A DNA stretch of 64,000 nt, taken from the NCBI GenBank assembly GCA_028716945.1, contig JAQUOT010000001.1, forward strand, positions 283,280 through 347,279. The letters run 5' to 3'. Positions 1 through 9,243 of this stretch are shown here, piece by piece (within the stretch, counting starts at the first letter, position 1; every line of letters begins with the position of its first letter). This DNA comes from Candidatus Nanoarchaeia archaeon. GTDB lineage: Archaea; Nanobdellota; Nanobdellia; SCGC-AAA011-G17; JAFCDX01. The notes under the pieces were generated by a model that saw nothing but the letters and a program-made list of their open reading frames with translations, made no database searches and was not told the DNA's origin. The translations under genes and the position numbers were made by a program.

Positions 1-55
1 TTCACCTTCTGCAATCAAGCAAAAAAGACAAGAACTAATAGATTTAGGATTATAA

Positions 56-580
56 TTATATTTCTTTTATTATAAAATTAAATATTCCTGAAAATATTGC
101 AGCAAGTATAGAAACTAAAGCAGTTTGTTTTAAAACTAAAATTAAATTTTTCTCTATGATTAAACCTGCTAAAAGTAAAAAGAATAATGAACTTAAATAA
201 ATTAAAATTGCTTTCTTTGGAAATATTAAAAATTTAACATGCACATAAATGTCTCTTTTCAAATAGATTAAAGCATTACAAATTAAAAAGGAAGTCAATA
301 ATAAAACAAATATTTTTGTTGTATTAAAATTTATATATAACTGAGGATTATTAAAAAAGATATAAAAAATTATTAAAGAAATAAAAGCTCCGAATATTCC
401 TTTTATAATATTTTTATAAAAATTCTTTGTTAAAGGTTTATCATGTAATCCTACTCTTAATCTTTTTTCTATTCTATCTAATTCATCCTGATCAAATTCT
501 ACTGCATGATGTTTTGGTTTTGATAATCTCTTTAATTTTTCATTTATTTTATCTAGATTAGAATTTTTCCTCTTTTTCAT
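56..580 (-). CDS. hypothetical multi-pass membrane protein
   Basis: 174-aa ORF with a basic/charged N-terminus followed by several long hydrophobic helices. No family recognised. Confidence 0.5.
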   Translation of the reverse strand: MKKRKNSNLDKINEKLKRLSKPKHHAVEFDQDELDRIEKRLRVGLHDKPLTKNFYKNIIKGIFGAFISLIIFYIFFNNPQLYINFNTTKIFVLLLTSFLICNALIYLKRDIYVHVKFLIFPKKAILIYLSSLFFLLLAGLIIEKNLILVLKQTALVSILAAIFSGIFNFIIKEI

Positions 581-612
581 TTTATATTATAAAAACAGAT
601 TGTATATAAATT

Positions 613-682
613 TTTGGGGTCAGCAGCTACTTCCACTCTTTCATAGTTTCCTCAACGGGTGTTCACTCAATCATCCCCCAAA
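613..682 (-). ncRNA. candidate C/D-box sRNA (non-canonical boxes)
   Basis: Locally GC-richer intergenic segment. The minus strand reads UUUGGGGG-AUGAUUGA-(12 nt)-UGAG-...-AUGAAAGA-(13 nt)-CUGA-CCCCAAA. A terminal 7-bp stem brackets a C-like box and a perfect D box at archaeal-type spacing. The C box carries an extra U. Confidence 0.33.
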
Positions 683-714
683 TATATACTGTAGAATATA
701 CTTTATAAGGCTTT

Positions 715-909
715 CTAAAGATAAGTTATTCTTTGTCTATGTTTTAATTCTTCTATTTCTCTATCCAAATATTCTCTATCTATTTTAGATTGAGACATCA
801 ATTCTCCACACTTAACAAATTCTTGTTCTAATTGAGATATCTGTTCAGCTAATTCTTTTCTTTGTTCTAAAGTGAGGCTTTGTCCTTCTCTTAAATGATA
901 CCCTGTCAT
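715..909 (-). CDS. small coiled-coil protein, hypothetical
   Basis: 64-aa ORF, highly charged with heptad-like sequence. A TATA-like box lies upstream on the minus strand. Confidence 0.45.
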   Translation of the reverse strand: MTGYHLREGQSLTLEQRKELAEQISQLEQEFVKCGELMSQSKIDREYLDREIEELKHRQRITYL

Positions 910-938
910 ATAATATAATACTCAGAAAAATATATAAA

Positions 939-1694
939 CTATTTCTTTAGGTCTAAACAAACCCTAAATATTTGGGGTCCGAAAACTCCTGCTTTTACTA
1001 AATTAACCTTAAATTTGGAATATTTTTTAATTAAATCATTAAAATTATCTTCATGCTCAAATTTATATAAATGAATTGTTCCTTTTGGTTTTAAATATTT
1101 CAAAGCTAAATCTAGATATTTTTCTGCAGTTCTTGGTAAAGGCATTACAATTCTATCAAATTTTATTTTTAATTTAGGTAATACTTTTTTAACATCTCCT
1201 TTGTATAAAGAAATGTTTGTTCTTTTGTTTATTCTTACATTTTCTAAAGCATATTTATGAGCTAAAGGATTTAATTCAATCCCATAAATTTCTTTTGCTT
1301 TTGAATATTTTGAAATTACTAAAGGCAAGGGTGCAATGCCTGAAAACATAACTAAAACTATTTCATCTTTTTTAACTAAATTAGCAATTCTTAATCTTTC
1401 ATTAGAAGATCTTTCAGAGAAATAACACTTTTCGACATCTAATTTAAAATTCAAACCAGACTCTTTATGAATTGTTTCTTTTCTTTTTTCTCCAGCAAGA
1501 ATCTTTATCTTTCTTAATCTATATTTTCCTTCATGAATACTTGAACGTTTTGCTACAACTTTAACATTATTATGTTGTTTTAGTAATTCATTTGCTATTT
1601 GTTTCTCTTGTTTTGAATTTAATTTCTCTTTTACCTCAAAAATGAGTATATCTCCTATAATATCATAAGATTTGGGTAATTTAGTGATTTGCAT
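939..1694 (-). CDS. trm5: tRNA (guanine37-N1)-methyltransferase Trm5 / Taw2-like (Met-10+ family)
   Basis: 251 aa. Typical start (YDIIGDILIF), SAM-binding strand VLVMFSGIAPLPL, IYGIELNP, and DRIVMPLP in place of the NPPY-type motif. Confidence 0.8.
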   Translation of the reverse strand: MQITKLPKSYDIIGDILIFEVKEKLNSKQEKQIANELLKQHNNVKVVAKRSSIHEGKYRLRKIKILAGEKRKETIHKESGLNFKLDVEKCYFSERSSNERLRIANLVKKDEIVLVMFSGIAPLPLVISKYSKAKEIYGIELNPLAHKYALENVRINKRTNISLYKGDVKKVLPKLKIKFDRIVMPLPRTAEKYLDLALKYLKPKGTIHLYKFEHEDNFNDLIKKYSKFKVNLVKAGVFGPQIFRVCLDLKK

Positions 1695-1711
1695 GAGATT
1701 ATTTATACCCG

Positions 1712-1725
1712 GAAATATTTAAATA
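1712..1725 (+). promoter_or_regulatory. BRE/TATA promoter (GAAATATTTAAATA)
   Basis: TATA starts 29 nt upstream of the ATG at 1747. An identical element lies at the same distance from the paralog start at 3428. Confidence 0.55.
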
Positions 1726-1746
1726 CTTTTATTATAATATTTAAGT

Positions 1747-3369
1747 ATGTTTTGTATGCTTAAAAAGAGGTTTATTGTATTTCTTAATATGTTAATTTTT
1801 ATACCTTTAGTAAATGCTGCGGTTACTAATTCTGCAACTAATATGGTAGGTATGATTGTAAGTACTTTAGAACTGCTATTTAAATTAATTACTGGATTAG
1901 CAAACAAATTAATTGCTCCTGGAACAGGTTTATTGATGACTAATCCTATGGTTGGAAGGGTTTTTTTGTCTGTAATTGCTTCAATAATTCTTTATGATGC
2001 ATTAAAGCAATCTCCTTTCTTAAAAGACCAAGAAGGGGCTTCTAAAAAAGCAGCATTGATTGCTATCTTAATTGGCTTGATAACTGCGATTGGATTACCA
2101 GGAACTTTAATTAGTACTATATTTACAAATGCAGGAACTTTTTTTGGATTTATAATTGCTGCATTGATATTAACTATTTTTAAAGGAGATAATAGAGTAA
2201 GTCATGCTGGAAAATGTGTTGGTTATCTTGCTTTGTTGTGGTCTTTTGGTGCAATCTCTCCTCTATTTGGTACAACTAGTATTGGAGATATTTTAGGAAT
2301 GGTAGTTTCATTCTTCACAGTAGTATCTTTGATAATGGTACTAACTAATTTCTTTAAAATATTTAAAGGAGGAGCTGGAAGCAGTGGAAGTAATTTTAAA
2401 AAGACTATTAGAGATACTGAAAAAATTGAAGCAGGAGCAATAAGCGAATCTAAAAAAGATTACATTGATATTAAAAATGATATATCTATTTTAAAAGGAC
2501 TGGTTGCTGAAATAAACTCACCATTAGAACAGGCTTTTGATTATGCTACTGCTTGGGAAAATTATTTTATTTCTCTTAAAAGGATTCTTGAACAAATAGA
2601 AAAATCAATAGAAGGAGGAAGGACAAATTTCAATGAGGAAAGCAAAAAAGTTCTTGAATCGCTTGTTAATAATTGTGGAACTTTAATTTCTGCTTTAGTA
2701 AGATTGCAGATAGATATAAAACAAGAAATTGAAAGTATAGAACAAAGAATTTTTTCTATAAAAGAAAATTTAGATAAAATTTCAAAAATTGTTAATAGAA
2801 CTTTAGATGATTTGGATATTGATCAAAGAACTTTAGTAAAAATGGATAATAATGCAAAAAGTCTTCCTGATGATATAAAAAGAAATATAATAGGAGAAAT
2901 AGTTGGATTCCAAAAAAGTTTAGCAGACTTAAAAAATAAATTTAAAGCAATTGGTCTACAAAACATTGAAAAAGATTTTAAAGAAAACAATGAAATTTTA
3001 TCTGGAATTAAAAACAAGTTCAATAATATATCGAGTAAAGCAAATGAAATAATAACCAGACTTCAAAAATATTCAAGGAATTTGAACACCATAAAAGAAG
3101 GAAAAGGAACAAAAGATATAATAAACCAAGTTGTAGGAGACAACAATTTATTGATAATAAATATGGGAGAATTAAAAACCCTACTTAAAAACCTTGAAGG
3201 AATATTCACTTCATTATTAACCACATATGAAAAGATAGCTAAAGATACAGAAAATGAAACTAATAATTATAGCTCTCTTGCTTCCCAATATATAAAAGTA
3301 CAAGAAGAGATATTTAAAGAAACCGAGATTATAAATCGGGAATTGGACCTTAGAAAAGGTAGTAAATGA
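1747..3369 (+). CDS. membrane protein paralog A: signal-like N-terminus, multi-TM module, long coiled-coil C-terminal domain
   Basis: 540-aa ORF. Hydrophobic leader ending VNAAV, about 5 TM helices, then ~330 aa of charged heptad-rich sequence. The TM module is identical to the paralog at 3428..4591. Confidence 0.75.
   Translation: MFCMLKKRFIVFLNMLIFIPLVNAAVTNSATNMVGMIVSTLELLFKLITGLANKLIAPGTGLLMTNPMVGRVFLSVIASIILYDALKQSPFLKDQEGASKKAALIAILIGLITAIGLPGTLISTIFTNAGTFFGFIIAALILTIFKGDNRVSHAGKCVGYLALLWSFGAISPLFGTTSIGDILGMVVSFFTVVSLIMVLTNFFKIFKGGAGSSGSNFKKTIRDTEKIEAGAISESKKDYIDIKNDISILKGLVAEINSPLEQAFDYATAWENYFISLKRILEQIEKSIEGGRTNFNEESKKVLESLVNNCGTLISALVRLQIDIKQEIESIEQRIFSIKENLDKISKIVNRTLDDLDIDQRTLVKMDNNAKSLPDDIKRNIIGEIVGFQKSLADLKNKFKAIGLQNIEKDFKENNEILSGIKNKFNNISSKANEIITRLQKYSRNLNTIKEGKGTKDIINQVVGDNNLLIINMGELKTLLKNLEGIFTSLLTTYEKIAKDTENETNNYSSLASQYIKVQEEIFKETEIINRELDLRKGSK
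1917..2315. repeat. 399-bp perfect direct repeat, copy 1 (within paralog A)
   Basis: Base-for-base identical by eye to 3592..3990 (offset 1675). Flanks are only ~85-90% identical upstream and unrelated downstream. Confidence 0.9.
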
Positions 3370-3392
3370 AGATTACTCAATTTTCCTATACA

Positions 3393-3406
3393 GAAATATT
3401 TAAATA
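3393..3406 (+). promoter_or_regulatory. BRE/TATA promoter (GAAATATTTAAATA)
   Basis: Same 14-mer as 1712..1725. TATA starts 29 nt upstream of the ATG at 3428. Confidence 0.55.
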
Positions 3407-3427
3407 CTTTTATTGAGATATTTAATC

Positions 3428-4591
3428 ATGTTTAGTATGTTTAAAAAGAGGCTTGTTGTATTTCTTAATATGTTAATTTTTATACCTTTAGTAAATGCTG
3501 CTGTATCAACAGACAATATGGTTAATACACTCGGAGATACTTTGGGACTTTTATTTGGTCTTGTTAATGGATTAGCAGATAAATTGATTGGTCCTGGAAC
3601 AGGTTTATTGATGACTAATCCTATGGTTGGAAGGGTTTTTTTGTCTGTAATTGCTTCAATAATTCTTTATGATGCATTAAAGCAATCTCCTTTCTTAAAA
3701 GACCAAGAAGGGGCTTCTAAAAAAGCAGCATTGATTGCTATCTTAATTGGCTTGATAACTGCGATTGGATTACCAGGAACTTTAATTAGTACTATATTTA
3801 CAAATGCAGGAACTTTTTTTGGATTTATAATTGCTGCATTGATATTAACTATTTTTAAAGGAGATAATAGAGTAAGTCATGCTGGAAAATGTGTTGGTTA
3901 TCTTGCTTTGTTGTGGTCTTTTGGTGCAATCTCTCCTCTATTTGGTACAACTAGTATTGGAGATATTTTAGGAATGGTAGTTTCATTCTTTACATTAATG
4001 GTTTTAATATTGGCAATAGTTAATTTTGTTAAACTATTTAAAAGATCTGCGGGTTCTACTTCTACTACCTCTTCCGATTCTACATCTCCTGCTTCGTCTA
4101 GTACTCCTGCTCCTACGTCATCTGCCTCGTCTAGTACTCCTACTTCTATATCCCCTGCTACTACGTCACCTGCTCCTGCTACACCCACTCCAAATAAAAA
4201 AGAACATTTGGCTTGGTTAGAAGCAATGAGAATAAAATTTCGTGGAGATATTTGGAACACAATTAATACAACAAATTCTTTGGTTACAAAAAGTACTGTC
4301 ACACTAACAGAAAGGAATGAAGCACTTGCTTTAGTTAGGGGGTCGCTTAAATATGTAACAGATATAAAAAATTATTTGCTTGGATTTGGAGATAATGAAG
4401 TTAAAAATGATATACTTGGACTTGAATGGGTTCTTAGAGATTATATTAAAAAAATAAATAAACTAAAACCAGCTGAGTTTAAAGCAAACAAAACCAACTT
4501 AATAAATGATGGCAACGCCTTGCTAGGAGTAATTAATAAAATAGGTAATAGTATTTATGCTTTAGAAAGAAGAGTGGCTGCAATGCCTTAA
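3428..4591 (+). CDS. membrane protein paralog B: same N-terminal TM module, Ser/Thr/Pro-rich linker, unrelated C-terminal domain
   Basis: Start moved from the TTG at 3413 to the ATG at 3428 by alignment with paralog A (MFSMFKKRL vs MFCMLKKRF) and by promoter spacing. STP-rich tract at 4046..4192. Confidence 0.75.
   Translation: MFSMFKKRLVVFLNMLIFIPLVNAAVSTDNMVNTLGDTLGLLFGLVNGLADKLIGPGTGLLMTNPMVGRVFLSVIASIILYDALKQSPFLKDQEGASKKAALIAILIGLITAIGLPGTLISTIFTNAGTFFGFIIAALILTIFKGDNRVSHAGKCVGYLALLWSFGAISPLFGTTSIGDILGMVVSFFTLMVLILAIVNFVKLFKRSAGSTSTTSSDSTSPASSSTPAPTSSASSSTPTSISPATTSPAPATPTPNKKEHLAWLEAMRIKFRGDIWNTINTTNSLVTKSTVTLTERNEALALVRGSLKYVTDIKNYLLGFGDNEVKNDILGLEWVLRDYIKKINKLKPAEFKANKTNLINDGNALLGVINKIGNSIYALERRVAAMP
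3592..3990. repeat. 399-bp perfect direct repeat, copy 2 (within paralog B)
   Basis: Identical to 1917..2315. Confidence 0.9.
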
Positions 4592-4593
4592 GT

Positions 4594-5613
4594 TTATTTA
4601 AACCATTTATCTAAATCTTTCTGTTCTTTTTCTTTCTTAACAAATTTTAATTTATTTAAGGTATTATTAATTCTTTCTTCTGAAAATTCATGCTCATCAA
4701 TTAATAATTTTTTCAATTTGTATTCATCAATGTCTTTCCACTTTAATTGGTAATTTTTCATTATAGGCATTGATTTAAATGTAGCATAAATCTCTTTCCA
4801 GTTAAAATCTGCTTTTACTTCCTTAAATATTTCATCAAAATCTTTATGTTGTTGTACTAATTTTAGTGCCGTTTTTGGACCAATGCCTTTTACACCGCCA
4901 GGATTATAATCTGTTCCACATAAAATACACATAACAATCAATTGATCTTGATTAATTTCTAGATGTTTTAAATTTTCTTTTAAATTTATAACTTGAGGCT
5001 TTATCCAAATAAAAGAACCACCAGGCAATCTACGTTTATTAGATAAAGTTAAATTTTGTATTAATCTTGGAGCATTAAATAACAAAGAATCAAAATCTTG
5101 TGAACCTACTCCATAAACATCTCCTTGCTCACACATGAAAGATGCTTGTGCTTCTGCTTCACTTGGAGCTTGAATAACTGGTAATCCCAAATAAGTTATT
5201 AATTCTTTAGCTTCTTCAATTATTTTAGCATTGATTTTTATATTTTGTTTAGAATATTTAGACATTTCTTCAACATTATCTTCTGCTTTTGCTTTTTCAT
5301 ATTTTTCCTGAGCTAATTCTTTTCTTGCAGCTCTCAAAGTATTTGTATTTAATTTTAGTAAAGGAGGTTTTCCATCAAAAACATAACAAATCTTTAATCC
5401 TTTTTCCATTAGATTACAAGTTCTAGAAAATAATCCAACTAAATGTGAAGTTACATTTCCCTTAGAATCCATCAAAGGTGTTCCATCTTGCTGCCTTATA
5501 GAAGATAAGAATTGATAAATAACATTAGAAGCATCTATAGCAATTACTTTTCCCTTTAATTCATCAAAAGTAATATCCTGCCTTAAAACTAAATCTCCGA
5601 GCTTAACTCCCAT
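4594..5613 (-). CDS. fen: flap endonuclease 1 (FEN1)
   Basis: Canonical N-terminus MGVKLGDL...IAIDASN.IYQFL, YVFDGKPP, and the H3TH region GTDYNPGGVKGIGPKTALKL. Start set at the internal ATG at 5613; the ORF-track extension to 5673 is not FEN1-like. Confidence 0.92.
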   Translation of the reverse strand: MGVKLGDLVLRQDITFDELKGKVIAIDASNVIYQFLSSIRQQDGTPLMDSKGNVTSHLVGLFSRTCNLMEKGLKICYVFDGKPPLLKLNTNTLRAARKELAQEKYEKAKAEDNVEEMSKYSKQNIKINAKIIEEAKELITYLGLPVIQAPSEAEAQASFMCEQGDVYGVGSQDFDSLLFNAPRLIQNLTLSNKRRLPGGSFIWIKPQVINLKENLKHLEINQDQLIVMCILCGTDYNPGGVKGIGPKTALKLVQQHKDFDEIFKEVKADFNWKEIYATFKSMPIMKNYQLKWKDIDEYKLKKLLIDEHEFSEERINNTLNKLKFVKKEKEQKDLDKWFK

Positions 5614-5650
5614 TAATAAAATAAAGAAATCAAATTTATATAAGTTTTGA

Positions 5651-6076
5651 TTATTCTCCAGGCCTATAACCAAAATAATTAGGATTATGAATTACTTTCT
5701 TGAAAGCAGTTATAAATTCTTCATTTCTCCAGTTTAATTCCATATATTTTCCAACAGTTTCTCCAAGATCAGTATTTTGATCCATTATTGATTTTGCTTC
5801 AGTATCTAAAAGTAATTTTTCATCTAAACTAAAATCAGAAAAATCAGCAATTTTAACTTCTTTCCATATTTTTCTTGCTACTTGAAAAACTCTTTCTCTA
5901 CATGCATTTTGAGTAGGAACTTTGTTTCCTTTTCCTTGAGCATATAATCTTGGATAGAAAAATGAAACTAATTTTCTTTGAACTTCTGAATTTTGTGGTA
6001 AATCTTGATAGTAATTTTTAACTAAATATTGTTTTATTTTCTTTTCACGAATTTGTTCTGGTGTTAAATGTGGCAT
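5651..6076 (-). CDS. hypothetical protein
   Basis: 141-aa ORF upstream of fen and divergent from polB. No family recognised. Confidence 0.5.
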   Translation of the reverse strand: MPHLTPEQIREKKIKQYLVKNYYQDLPQNSEVQRKLVSFFYPRLYAQGKGNKVPTQNACRERVFQVARKIWKEVKIADFSDFSLDEKLLLDTEAKSIMDQNTDLGETVGKYMELNWRNEEFITAFKKVIHNPNYFGYRPGE

Positions 6077-6192
6077 AATTTAAGGAGGGTTTTATATTTA
6101 TAAATCTTTCTATCTTTACTACTTTAAAGTTACATCATTATCTAAGACTTAATTTTAACAAGCTTAATAAGCCTTTTTATGCCCTTTTATAG

Positions 6193-8595
6193 ATGGCTAA
6201 GATAAGGTTCTATCCTTTAGATATAGACTATAAATCTGGGATAAGAATATTTGGTAAAACAGAAGATAATAGGAAAATAATTGTTCTAGATCCTTCTCTA
6301 AAACCATATTTCTATGCAATACCTAATGAAAAAGAGGATTTTAACAAACTAAAAGCTAAAATTGAAGCAATTAAACATGAGGATAATTATGTTATCAAAG
6401 CAGAAATTGAAGATAAATTATATTTAGACAATCCTATAAAAACAATTAAAGTTTCTGTAAATAGTTCTGATGCTTTGCCTGTAATAAAGGATATGTTAAA
6501 GGAAATTGGAATTACTAAATTATTAGAATATGATATAAAATTCTATAAAAAATATCTAAGAGATAGAAAAATAACTCCTTTAACTCTTTGTGAAGTTGAA
6601 GGTGATTTAAAACAAAATGAATTTGGAGTAATTGTAGAAGGAAAAGTTTCTGAAGTAGCTCAAGATGAAACTGTTAATCTAAAAGCCCTTGCCTTTGATA
6701 TAGAAGTTTATTCTTTTAATACAGAAGACTCTGAAATTATTTCTTTATCTTGTTATGGAGAAGATTTTAAGAAAGTTATTACCTGGAAAAAGTTTAATCA
6801 GCATGAAGACATAGAATTTGTAAATAATGAAGCTGATTTATTAGAAAGATTTAAGGAAATTTTACGTGAATACAAACCAGACTGCATAATTGGTTATAAT
6901 TCTGATGGATTTGACTTTCCTTTTCTAGTTCAAAGAGCAAGAGACTTAGGAATTCCTTTGGATATGGGATTGGATGGAACACAAGTAAAAATTTCTCGTG
7001 GAATGTATCCTGCTGCAAAAATAAAAGGTATTATTCATCTAGATATTATGCAATTTATTAAGAAAATAATGGCAGGATCTTTAAAATTTGATTCTTACAG
7101 TTTGAATAATGTTGCTTATGAGTTATTAAAAGATAAAAAATTAGATATTGGAATGGATAAACTAGATGATATGTGGTCTAAGGAAGATTTAGAAGATATA
7201 AAACAAATTTGTGAATATAATTTGCATGATTCTAAACTAACTTATGATGTTTATAAAAAAATATTACCTAATTTACAAGAATTAGTAAAATTAATTGGAT
7301 TACCCTTATTTGATATATGTAGGATGTCTTATGGTAAACTAGTTGAGAATTATTTAATAAAATGTGCTCTTGATTTAAATGAATTAATTCCAAATCAGCC
7401 AGGACACGCAGATATTCATGATAGAAGAATGTATACTTACCAAGGGGCTTCTGTAATGGAGCCTGTTCCTGGATTTTACAAAAATATAATTGTATTTGAC
7501 TTCATGAGTTTATATCCTAGTATAATTGTTTCTAAAAATGTCTGTCCTTCTATGCTGAATAAATCAGAAGGTTATGAATCTCCCGAAATAAACGAGCAAG
7601 GAACAATGAAAACTTATTTCTTCAGCAATAAAAAAGAAGCTTTTATTCCCTCTGTGATTAAAGATTTAATTTTAAGAAGAAATAGAGTAAAAGAACTAAT
7701 AAGACAAGAGACAAACCCAGTGCTAGAAGCAAGATCTTATGCATTAAAGACAGTAGCAAATTCTTGTTATGGCTATATGGGATTTTTTGGAGCAAGATGG
7801 TATTGCAGAGAGTGTGCTTCTTCTATTACTGCCTGGGCAAGAGAATATATTAAAGAAACTATAACTAAATTTAAGAAAGAAGGATTTAATGTTTTATATT
7901 CTGATACAGACTCTGTTGCAGTAGAATTACAAAACAAAACCAAAGATGAAGCTTTTGCTGTTGTAGAAGAAATTAATCGTGAATTACCAAGTTTAATGGA
8001 GCTTGAGTTTGATGATTTTTATCCTTTAGGAATTTTTGTCTCTAAAAAAACAACAATGCAGGGTGCAAAGAAAAAATATGCCTTGATTGATGAATGTGGA
8101 AATATAAAATTAACTGGATTTGAAACTGTTAGGCGTGATTGGAGTAAAATTGCTAGAGAAACACAAAAACAAGTTCTAACTTTAATCTTAGAAAAAGGAA
8201 ATCCTACAAAAGCACTAGAATATACAAAAAATATACTTAAAAAAATAAAAGACAAAGAAGTTTTATTAAAAGATCTAATAATTCAAACACAATTAAAGAA
8301 AAATTTAGAAGATTATGAGCAAATAGGACCGCATGTTGCTGTTGCTAGAAAAATGCAGGAACAAGGTAAAAAAATATCTATTGGAAGTCCTATCTGGTTT
8401 ATTGTTACAGAAGGAAAAGGAATGATAAGAGACAGATCTAAAATACCCTCTGAATGCAAAGAAAAAGAATATGATACAGAGTATTATATAAATAACCAAG
8501 TTCTTCCTTGTGTAGAAAAGATATTTGAGGTATTTGGAGTGAAAAAGGAACAAATATTAATACAAGAACAATCTACTTTACAGGATTTCAAATGA
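6193..8595 (+). CDS. polB: family-B DNA polymerase (PolB)
   Basis: 800 aa. Exo I FDIEV, Exo II YNSDGFDFPFL, Exo III YNLHDSKLTYD, motif A DFMSLYPSII, motif B KTVANSCYGY, motif C YSDTDSV. The length leaves no room for an intein. Confidence 0.95.
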   Translation: MAKIRFYPLDIDYKSGIRIFGKTEDNRKIIVLDPSLKPYFYAIPNEKEDFNKLKAKIEAIKHEDNYVIKAEIEDKLYLDNPIKTIKVSVNSSDALPVIKDMLKEIGITKLLEYDIKFYKKYLRDRKITPLTLCEVEGDLKQNEFGVIVEGKVSEVAQDETVNLKALAFDIEVYSFNTEDSEIISLSCYGEDFKKVITWKKFNQHEDIEFVNNEADLLERFKEILREYKPDCIIGYNSDGFDFPFLVQRARDLGIPLDMGLDGTQVKISRGMYPAAKIKGIIHLDIMQFIKKIMAGSLKFDSYSLNNVAYELLKDKKLDIGMDKLDDMWSKEDLEDIKQICEYNLHDSKLTYDVYKKILPNLQELVKLIGLPLFDICRMSYGKLVENYLIKCALDLNELIPNQPGHADIHDRRMYTYQGASVMEPVPGFYKNIIVFDFMSLYPSIIVSKNVCPSMLNKSEGYESPEINEQGTMKTYFFSNKKEAFIPSVIKDLILRRNRVKELIRQETNPVLEARSYALKTVANSCYGYMGFFGARWYCRECASSITAWAREYIKETITKFKKEGFNVLYSDTDSVAVELQNKTKDEAFAVVEEINRELPSLMELEFDDFYPLGIFVSKKTTMQGAKKKYALIDECGNIKLTGFETVRRDWSKIARETQKQVLTLILEKGNPTKALEYTKNILKKIKDKEVLLKDLIIQTQLKKNLEDYEQIGPHVAVARKMQEQGKKISIGSPIWFIVTEGKGMIRDRSKIPSECKEKEYDTEYYINNQVLPCVEKIFEVFGVKKEQILIQEQSTLQDFK

Positions 8596-9146
8596 AAAAA
8601 GTTTATATTATCCATGGTTGGGGTGGAAATCCAAAAGAAGGTTGGTTTCCTTGGTTAAAAAAAGAGTTAGAATCAAAAAATTATAAAGTTTTCATACCAG
8701 AAATGCCTAATACTGAAGAACCAGAGATAAAAGAGTGGGTTTCTTATTTAAAAAAATTAGTAAAACCAGATAATGAAACTTATTTTGTAGGTCATTCTAT
8801 TGGATGTCAAACTATTATGAGATATTTAGAATCTCTTCCAGAGAAAATAAAAGTTGGTAAATGTATCTTTGTTGCTGGTTGGTTTAATTTAAATTCTCTT
8901 TCAGAAGAAGAAATTGAAACTGCTAAACCTTGGTTAGAAACACCAATTGATTATAAGAAAGTTTTATCACATACCAATAAAATTACTGCAATATTTTCTG
9001 ATAATGACGATTATGTTCCTTTAACAGATTCAGAAATATTTAAAAACAAATTAAAAACTAAAATAATTATAGAGCAGGGTAAAGGTCACTTTTCTGGTGA
9101 AGATGGAATAAAAAAACTAGAAATAGTATTAAATGAATTCAAATAG
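8592..9146 (+). CDS. alpha/beta serine hydrolase, YdeN/RBBP9-like
   Basis: 184 aa. IIHGWGG start, nucleophile elbow GHSIG, later SDNDDYVP and GKGHF, consistent with a Ser-Asp-His triad. ATGA overlap with the polB stop. Confidence 0.7.
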   Translation: MKKVYIIHGWGGNPKEGWFPWLKKELESKNYKVFIPEMPNTEEPEIKEWVSYLKKLVKPDNETYFVGHSIGCQTIMRYLESLPEKIKVGKCIFVAGWFNLNSLSEEEIETAKPWLETPIDYKKVLSHTNKITAIFSDNDDYVPLTDSEIFKNKLKTKIIIEQGKGHFSGEDGIKKLEIVLNEFK

Positions 9147-9243
9147 GTGACCACTTTTTCTTATTTTTTATGTTTTGTGGACACCCATTAATAGAAAGAT
9201 TTAAATATAAGAATATACTCTTTAGGTATAAGTATATATCAAA

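Noticed and set aside
600-788. 62-aa plus-strand ORF
   Set aside because: It has a TTG start and low-complexity sequence. It overlaps the sRNA candidate and the 5' end of the minus-strand gene 715..909.
1917-3990. DGR template/variable repeat pair
   Set aside because: The two copies are identical rather than differing at adenines. They encode a TM module rather than a C-terminal variable region, and no reverse transcriptase is present.
3898-4302. ORFs 3898..4302 (-) and 4026..4220 (+) over the STP-rich tract
   Set aside because: They are artefacts of the GC-richer, stop-poor Ser/Thr/Pro repeat of paralog B. Their products are low-complexity.
8019-8553. Antisense ORFs inside polB (8019..8255, 8305..8553). 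Similar shadow ORFs occur at 1719..1907, 2823..3023, 10478..10753, 10890..11111, 24982..25329, 25988..26460, 26965..27183, 30851..31087, 33613..33912, 35465..35701, 36330..36566, 38481..38732, 40105..40350, 48212..48571, 49630..49857, 50312..50575, 51740..52030, 53639..53968, 58625..58855, 58986..59177 and 61324..61506
   Set aside because: All are fully contained within, and opposite to or out of frame with, better-supported genes. They show low-complexity composition.
6193-8595. Intein in PolB (and in DP2 at 41238..44765)
   Set aside because: Polymerase motifs are contiguous and the lengths (800 aa, ~1175 aa) match intein-free enzymes. No Cys/Ser...HN splice-junction blocks were seen.
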